DNA of 64,000 nucleotides from an uncultured bacterium (GTDB lineage: Bacteria; Chlamydiota; Chlamydiia; Chlamydiales; VFKH01): the NCBI GenBank assembly GCA_964630595.1, contig CAZVVT010000001.1:568813-632812 (forward strand). The letters run 5' to 3'. Shown here in pieces: positions 60,170 through 64,000 of the stretch. Position 1 is the stretch's first letter, and every line of letters starts with the position of its first letter. Below the pieces are notes generated by a model. That model saw only the letters and a program-made list of their open reading frames with translations. It did no database searches and was not told where the DNA came from. The position numbers and the translations under genes were made by a program.

Positions 60170-62793
60170 GAAAGCCTCTCTTGCCAGTAAGCGGTTTCAT
60201 CTGCGGGATAGGGAATGCGCAGTGCAGCAAACCGCTCGCGGTAAGGGTTGCTGCTGCCAAAGGGAACTTCGTAGGGGTCATTGCTACAGTGGAAGGGCAG
60301 AGGTACCTGCATAGCGCGCTTATAGAGAGCAACGAGCTCTTCGAAGGGGAGAGCCTCTAGCGCTTCTTTGTTGCGCAAAGGAATCAAACTGGTGCCCAGC
60401 GCTGCAGCATAGGGCAGAGATTTGAGTCGCTGGCTTTCGTGCGCAATGACAATACGCCCTTGCGGATCAATGCCGCGAATCGTTCCATCCATGCGCGCAA
60501 CCAGCGTCAGCTCTTCTCTTCGGATCTTCCACTTGTCAAACCCCTTGTCGATGCGCGCAAAGCGTTTTCGAATCTCCTCGCGCACCACGCTGCCCAAAGG
60601 TTCGGGTGGAATCTGTCCTGTGCGCTGCAAGTCGGCCAAGATCGCTTCCGGATTTTCGAGAACAGCGCGCTGCTCAATGCGGTCGAGATCCGATCCGCTG
60701 AATTGCACACGCGCTTCCATGTCGGGCCATTGCAGGCGAATGCCCAACCCTTTTTCGAAGTAATGACGCAGCGGATCGCTCAACATGCGCTCCATATCGC
60801 GCAGCATAATCAACTTCTCTTCGCGCTTTTCTTCCTTTGCTTGTGCGCGCTTGATGGGTTCTTCGATGAGAAGATAGCTCTCCGGTCTGCGCACTACATT
60901 CAGACCAACCTGCTCAAGTAGCTGCGTGACGAGAAGGCTGGGAGCGGGATCTTCGGGCAAGCACACATACGAAGCGGTCCAGCGCTCGCGCGCGGAGAGC
61001 AGTGTTTCCAAGAAAAGCAAGCGATCCAAATCCCCTAGCGTGGGGCAAAAGTCCGCCCCCGGTTCATTGGCGAGCAAATCGAGAGCGCTTTGCGTTTGCA
61101 CACGTGGGAACTTTTCCAAACTCATGCCCAGCAAATAGACATGTTTGGCAGGAACAGCGCGCAGAGGCAAAAGTGAGCAGCAAACAATCGCGTTCATCTG
61201 CGCCATCTGTGGCGGTTGCTCGCCCTCTCTTTTCAACATCTCTTTGATGCGATGAACCATAGAGGAAAAGCTGACGAGAAGCTCTCCTGTAAGCCCCGAG
61301 TCATAAACCTCTTCGAAATAGCGCCCCTGCAGCTCTTTGAGCCAGGAATTCCACTGCGTGATGCTCTTTTCTTGGGGCGAGCGCATGAAGGCAAAATCGT
61401 CTTTCAGTCTATGTAGGAAGGCCAATGCTTGATCAAAGAGCTGGTACTGCTCCAGCGCACAACGCTGCGTGAAGTCTGTTCGATTCGTTTCTGCCTCTAG
61501 GAAGCGCTGCAGAGTCTCTTCCCAAGTCCCCAGCTCTTGCTCTACAAATTCGGTATTATAAGCCGCCTTGTGCCAACGTGCGCGATCGGCGGCATGCAGG
61601 CCCCAGCGCAGGCCATAGTCTGCAAGCCACCGGATGATCTGCGCCCCCTCTCTTGCCGACCAGCGTTGCTTGGCCAAAATCGCTGGATTGCTCAGCAGCA
61701 ACTTCAAATCGTCAAGATCTAGCCTGCTCTCTACCAACTCTAACAAGTCTAAAAGACCTCGCAGATGGAGATTGCACCGCTGCAGCGTAGTGTCGAGAAA
61801 CTGAAGCGGCACTGTGGTAAAAACTGCTTCGAGATAGGGAATATACTCCGTGATTTTGGGTGCCATCACCAAAATATCTTTGGGCTGTAGTCCACTCTTT
61901 ACAACTTGCTCGAAGAGATGCTCCACTTCATGTCTTTTGGAAACACATTCCACTACTTGAATACTACCGTCATCTGCCGGAGGCGCTCCGCGATCAATGG
62001 CCTGCACCCAATTGAGTAGTGTGGGCGGCTCTTCTACAGTAAAGACGTCGCTGTGGTCGCTGGGCCACGCGGAAACGAAGGCGCGCGCGGTTTCATAGCC
62101 CGCCTCTTCAATGGAGAGAGCAAAGCGTCTTTCCACCTTTCCCCAATGCGCCTCTTCATCGAAATAGGGCGATGATGTGAGGCAGTAGAGCGTTGTATTG
62201 CACTGTGCAAAAAAATCGAGGTAGACCTTCTCGATAAAGCTAGGACAGAAGAGGTGGATCTCCACATCGCTGGCAATCTTCTTCTCCCAAGGTAGCGGAC
62301 CGACAAAAGACTGGCGAAAAAGCTGTGCTTGAAAACCTGTTTTGCGCGCACACAGCTGCCACCCACACTTCGCATAGCGCAAGAAATGCTCTGCGAGCTT
62401 ATCGGCAAACTCGGCGATCAGGGTGCGCTCGCCGTAAGTATCACTGCCCGTCACCCCAAGAAGACTGAGCGTCTGATCGAATTCCCGGTCGCGTCCCAAC
62501 CGAATCTCTTTCTCCAGCTGGAGCCCAAGTAGTCGCTTCGAGGGCAGCCCCACTCCGCACAGTTTGGTCATCGCCTCATCCAAGAAGGGATACTGTAGGC
62601 CAAAAACCACCCCCCCTTCCTCCACCATCTGCGCCATCACGTAGCGCTTCATCGCCTGAGAGGGCACAATCAGCCAGCGCTGTTTGAGGGCAGCCCCAAC
62701 CCTCAAATTTTTTTGCAGCGTCCCTACTAGGACTTCAACGCGGTTAGAGAAAAGTGCCTTCGCCACGTCATTAAGATACCCTAAACGAAGCAT
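60166..62793 (-). CDS. recC: Exodeoxyribonuclease V gamma subunit-like protein
   Basis: N-terminus LFSNRVEVLVGTL resembles the RecC start, about 875 aa, ATGA-coupled to recB. ATG 62793 is preferred over TTG 62853, which would overlap the divergent MFS gene. Confidence 0.7.
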   Translation of the reverse strand: MLRLGYLNDVAKALFSNRVEVLVGTLQKNLRVGAALKQRWLIVPSQAMKRYVMAQMVEEGGVVFGLQYPFLDEAMTKLCGVGLPSKRLLGLQLEKEIRLGRDREFDQTLSLLGVTGSDTYGERTLIAEFADKLAEHFLRYAKCGWQLCARKTGFQAQLFRQSFVGPLPWEKKIASDVEIHLFCPSFIEKVYLDFFAQCNTTLYCLTSSPYFDEEAHWGKVERRFALSIEEAGYETARAFVSAWPSDHSDVFTVEEPPTLLNWVQAIDRGAPPADDGSIQVVECVSKRHEVEHLFEQVVKSGLQPKDILVMAPKITEYIPYLEAVFTTVPLQFLDTTLQRCNLHLRGLLDLLELVESRLDLDDLKLLLSNPAILAKQRWSAREGAQIIRWLADYGLRWGLHAADRARWHKAAYNTEFVEQELGTWEETLQRFLEAETNRTDFTQRCALEQYQLFDQALAFLHRLKDDFAFMRSPQEKSITQWNSWLKELQGRYFEEVYDSGLTGELLVSFSSMVHRIKEMLKREGEQPPQMAQMNAIVCCSLLPLRAVPAKHVYLLGMSLEKFPRVQTQSALDLLANEPGADFCPTLGDLDRLLFLETLLSARERWTASYVCLPEDPAPSLLVTQLLEQVGLNVVRRPESYLLIEEPIKRAQAKEEKREEKLIMLRDMERMLSDPLRHYFEKGLGIRLQWPDMEARVQFSGSDLDRIEQRAVLENPEAILADLQRTGQIPPEPLGSVVREEIRKRFARIDKGFDKWKIRREELTLVARMDGTIRGIDPQGRIVIAHESQRLKSLPYAAALGTSLIPLRNKEALEALPFEELVALYKRAMQVPLPFHCSNDPYEVPFGSSNPYRERFAALRIPYPADETAYWQERLS

Positions 62794-62815
62794 TTCTTTT
62801 TTAAGGGTTCCATAT

Positions 62816-64000
62816 ATGATGCAACGCATGGATAAGGACCTGGTTCCCTTCAACTATTTGAACGTCACCCAAGTGCTCGGCGTGATCAACGACAACTTAT
62901 TTAAGTTGTTGCTAGTCTTCTACTTAATTCAAGTTGACGGCCCTGAATATGGAGCTTCGATTCTCGCTTTAGCAGGGGCTGTTTTCGTCCTGCCCTTTCT
63001 GATCTTTTCCGTACCGGCCGGAGGGATGGCCGACCGCATTAGCAAGCAGCGGATTGTACAATGGACCAAGGTCTTTGAAATCTTCACCGCTATTGTTGGG
63101 ACGATCGGTTTTTGGGTCGGCTCCGCCTGGATTCTCTATCTTATGCTCTTCTTGCTGGCTGTGCAGGGGGCGATTTTTGGTCCCTCCAAGTACAGCATCG
63201 TACCGGAGCTGGTTCCCGAGGAAAAGCTCTCCAAGGCCAATGGACTGCTCTCTTCGTTTACCTTTCTAGGAATCATTATTGGTACATCGCTGGCCGGTCC
63301 CTTAGTACAGCTCACGCGGCGCAATTTCGTTGTTGCCTCTTTCGCCTGCATTCTCATCGCCGTAACTGGTTGGTGGACAAGCACACGCATTAAGAAAACC
63401 CCCTCTGCAGGTTCGCGCAAGGAGATCCCCTGGTTCTTCGTACGCGATGTGATCCGAACGTATCAAAAGGCAGCGCGCACAGAAAACTTGTTAACTGCCA
63501 TTTTGGGGTCGGCCTTTTTTCTCTTTGTGGGCGGCTACGTACAGATGAACATCATTCCCTATACGATTGAAGCACTCGATGGTAGCGACATTGCGGGAAG
63601 CTACTACTTTCTCCTCACAGCGCTCGGCATCGGCCTGGGCTCACTCACGGCGGGCAAACTCTCCGGCAAAGAGGTTCTTCTGGCTCTCTGCCCCTTTGGC
63701 GCCTTAGGCATGGGGCTCTTTCTACTCGGTCTGGGGCTCATTCCCCATTCGCTCTGGTGGGATCTGCCGCTGCTATTTGCGGTGGGTTACGCCGGCGGGC
63801 TCTATCTCATTCCTATGGACGCCTACATCCAGTCGGCCAGCCCACGCGCCAGCTGCGGCGAAAATGTCGCTGCCAACAACTTCGCCGCTTTTGTGGGCGT
63901 ACTGATCGCTTCGGGCTTGATCTGGTTCTTTCATGACGTTCTACACTGGAGAGCCCCTGCAGGCTTCACCGTAATGGGAGCTCTCTCGATGGGTATGACG
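62816..64000 (+). CDS. LplT-like MFS lysophospholipid transporter domain protein (3' end outside window; possibly an LplT-Aas fusion)
   Basis: Not in the supplied track because there is no stop in the window. ATG 62816 is preceded by AAGGG. Hand translation MMQRMDKDLVPFNYLNVTQVLGVINDNLFKLLLVFY... stays open to 64000. LplT-like blocks GGMADRISKQR and GPSKYSIVPELVPEEKLSKANGL. Confidence 0.75.
   Translation, partial: MMQRMDKDLVPFNYLNVTQVLGVINDNLFKLLLVFYLIQVDGPEYGASILALAGAVFVLPFLIFSVPAGGMADRISKQRIVQWTKVFEIFTAIVGTIGFWVGSAWILYLMLFLLAVQGAIFGPSKYSIVPELVPEEKLSKANGLLSSFTFLGIIIGTSLAGPLVQLTRRNFVVASFACILIAVTGWWTSTRIKKTPSAGSRKEIPWFFVRDVIRTYQKAARTENLLTAILGSAFFLFVGGYVQMNIIPYTIEALDGSDIAGSYYFLLTALGIGLGSLTAGKLSGKEVLLALCPFGALGMGLFLLGLGLIPHSLWWDLPLLFAVGYAGGLYLIPMDAYIQSASPRASCGENVAANNFAAFVGVLIASGLIWFFHDVLHWRAPAGFTVMGALSMGMT

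Overview
Gene-dense 64-kb chromosomal window with about 60 genes on both strands and many start/stop overlaps. Gene content points to a member of the Chlamydiota: sigma-66-type RpoD, TopA with a C-terminal SWIB domain, long-form ThyX, an aroA-aroK-aroC-aroB-aroDE operon, tandem tyrP permeases beside trpS-uvrB, a Pmp-like autotransporter, GroES/GroEL and an Inc-like bilobed membrane protein. GC is roughly 55 percent by hand count on sample lines, which is high for that phylum. Other content: a TrmH-like methylase, rsgA, eno, ahpC, tRNA-Arg(ACG), bioB/F/D/A plus an uncharacterised di-iron protein, a YjbH-like outer membrane protein, hemB, metNIQ, an RND efflux operon, uvrD, NamZ-like and M15 cell-wall enzymes, recA, def, rpsT, recC-recB-recD, and the 5' part of an LplT-like MFS gene that runs off the right edge. 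I recognised no rRNA, CRISPR array, transposase, integrase or phage structural gene. The most interesting signal is structural. Four small (0.6-1.0 kb) single-gene islets, three of them clearly AT-rich, are each bracketed by an imperfect direct repeat. Each repeat duplicates the terminal coding sequence of the adjacent housekeeping gene: rsgA 3' end, bioB 3' end, tyrP-1 leader plus 5' end, tyrP-2 3' end. The cargo looks accessory or defence-like (HEPN-like protein, GyrI-like ligand-binding protein, CPT-like P-loop kinase, beta-helix protein), and no recombinase is nearby. Secondary leads are a ferritin-like di-iron protein translationally coupled to the end of the bio operon, a secreted PTP-like phosphatase, a poly-proline protein, an ankyrin-like repeat protein, a recD gene whose conserved N-terminal region has no canonical start codon, a tRNA ending 2 nt before the ahpC start codon, and unusually long gene overlaps caused by non-conserved 3' tails. 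All calls rest on reading the sequence and the supplied ORF translations; no database search was run.
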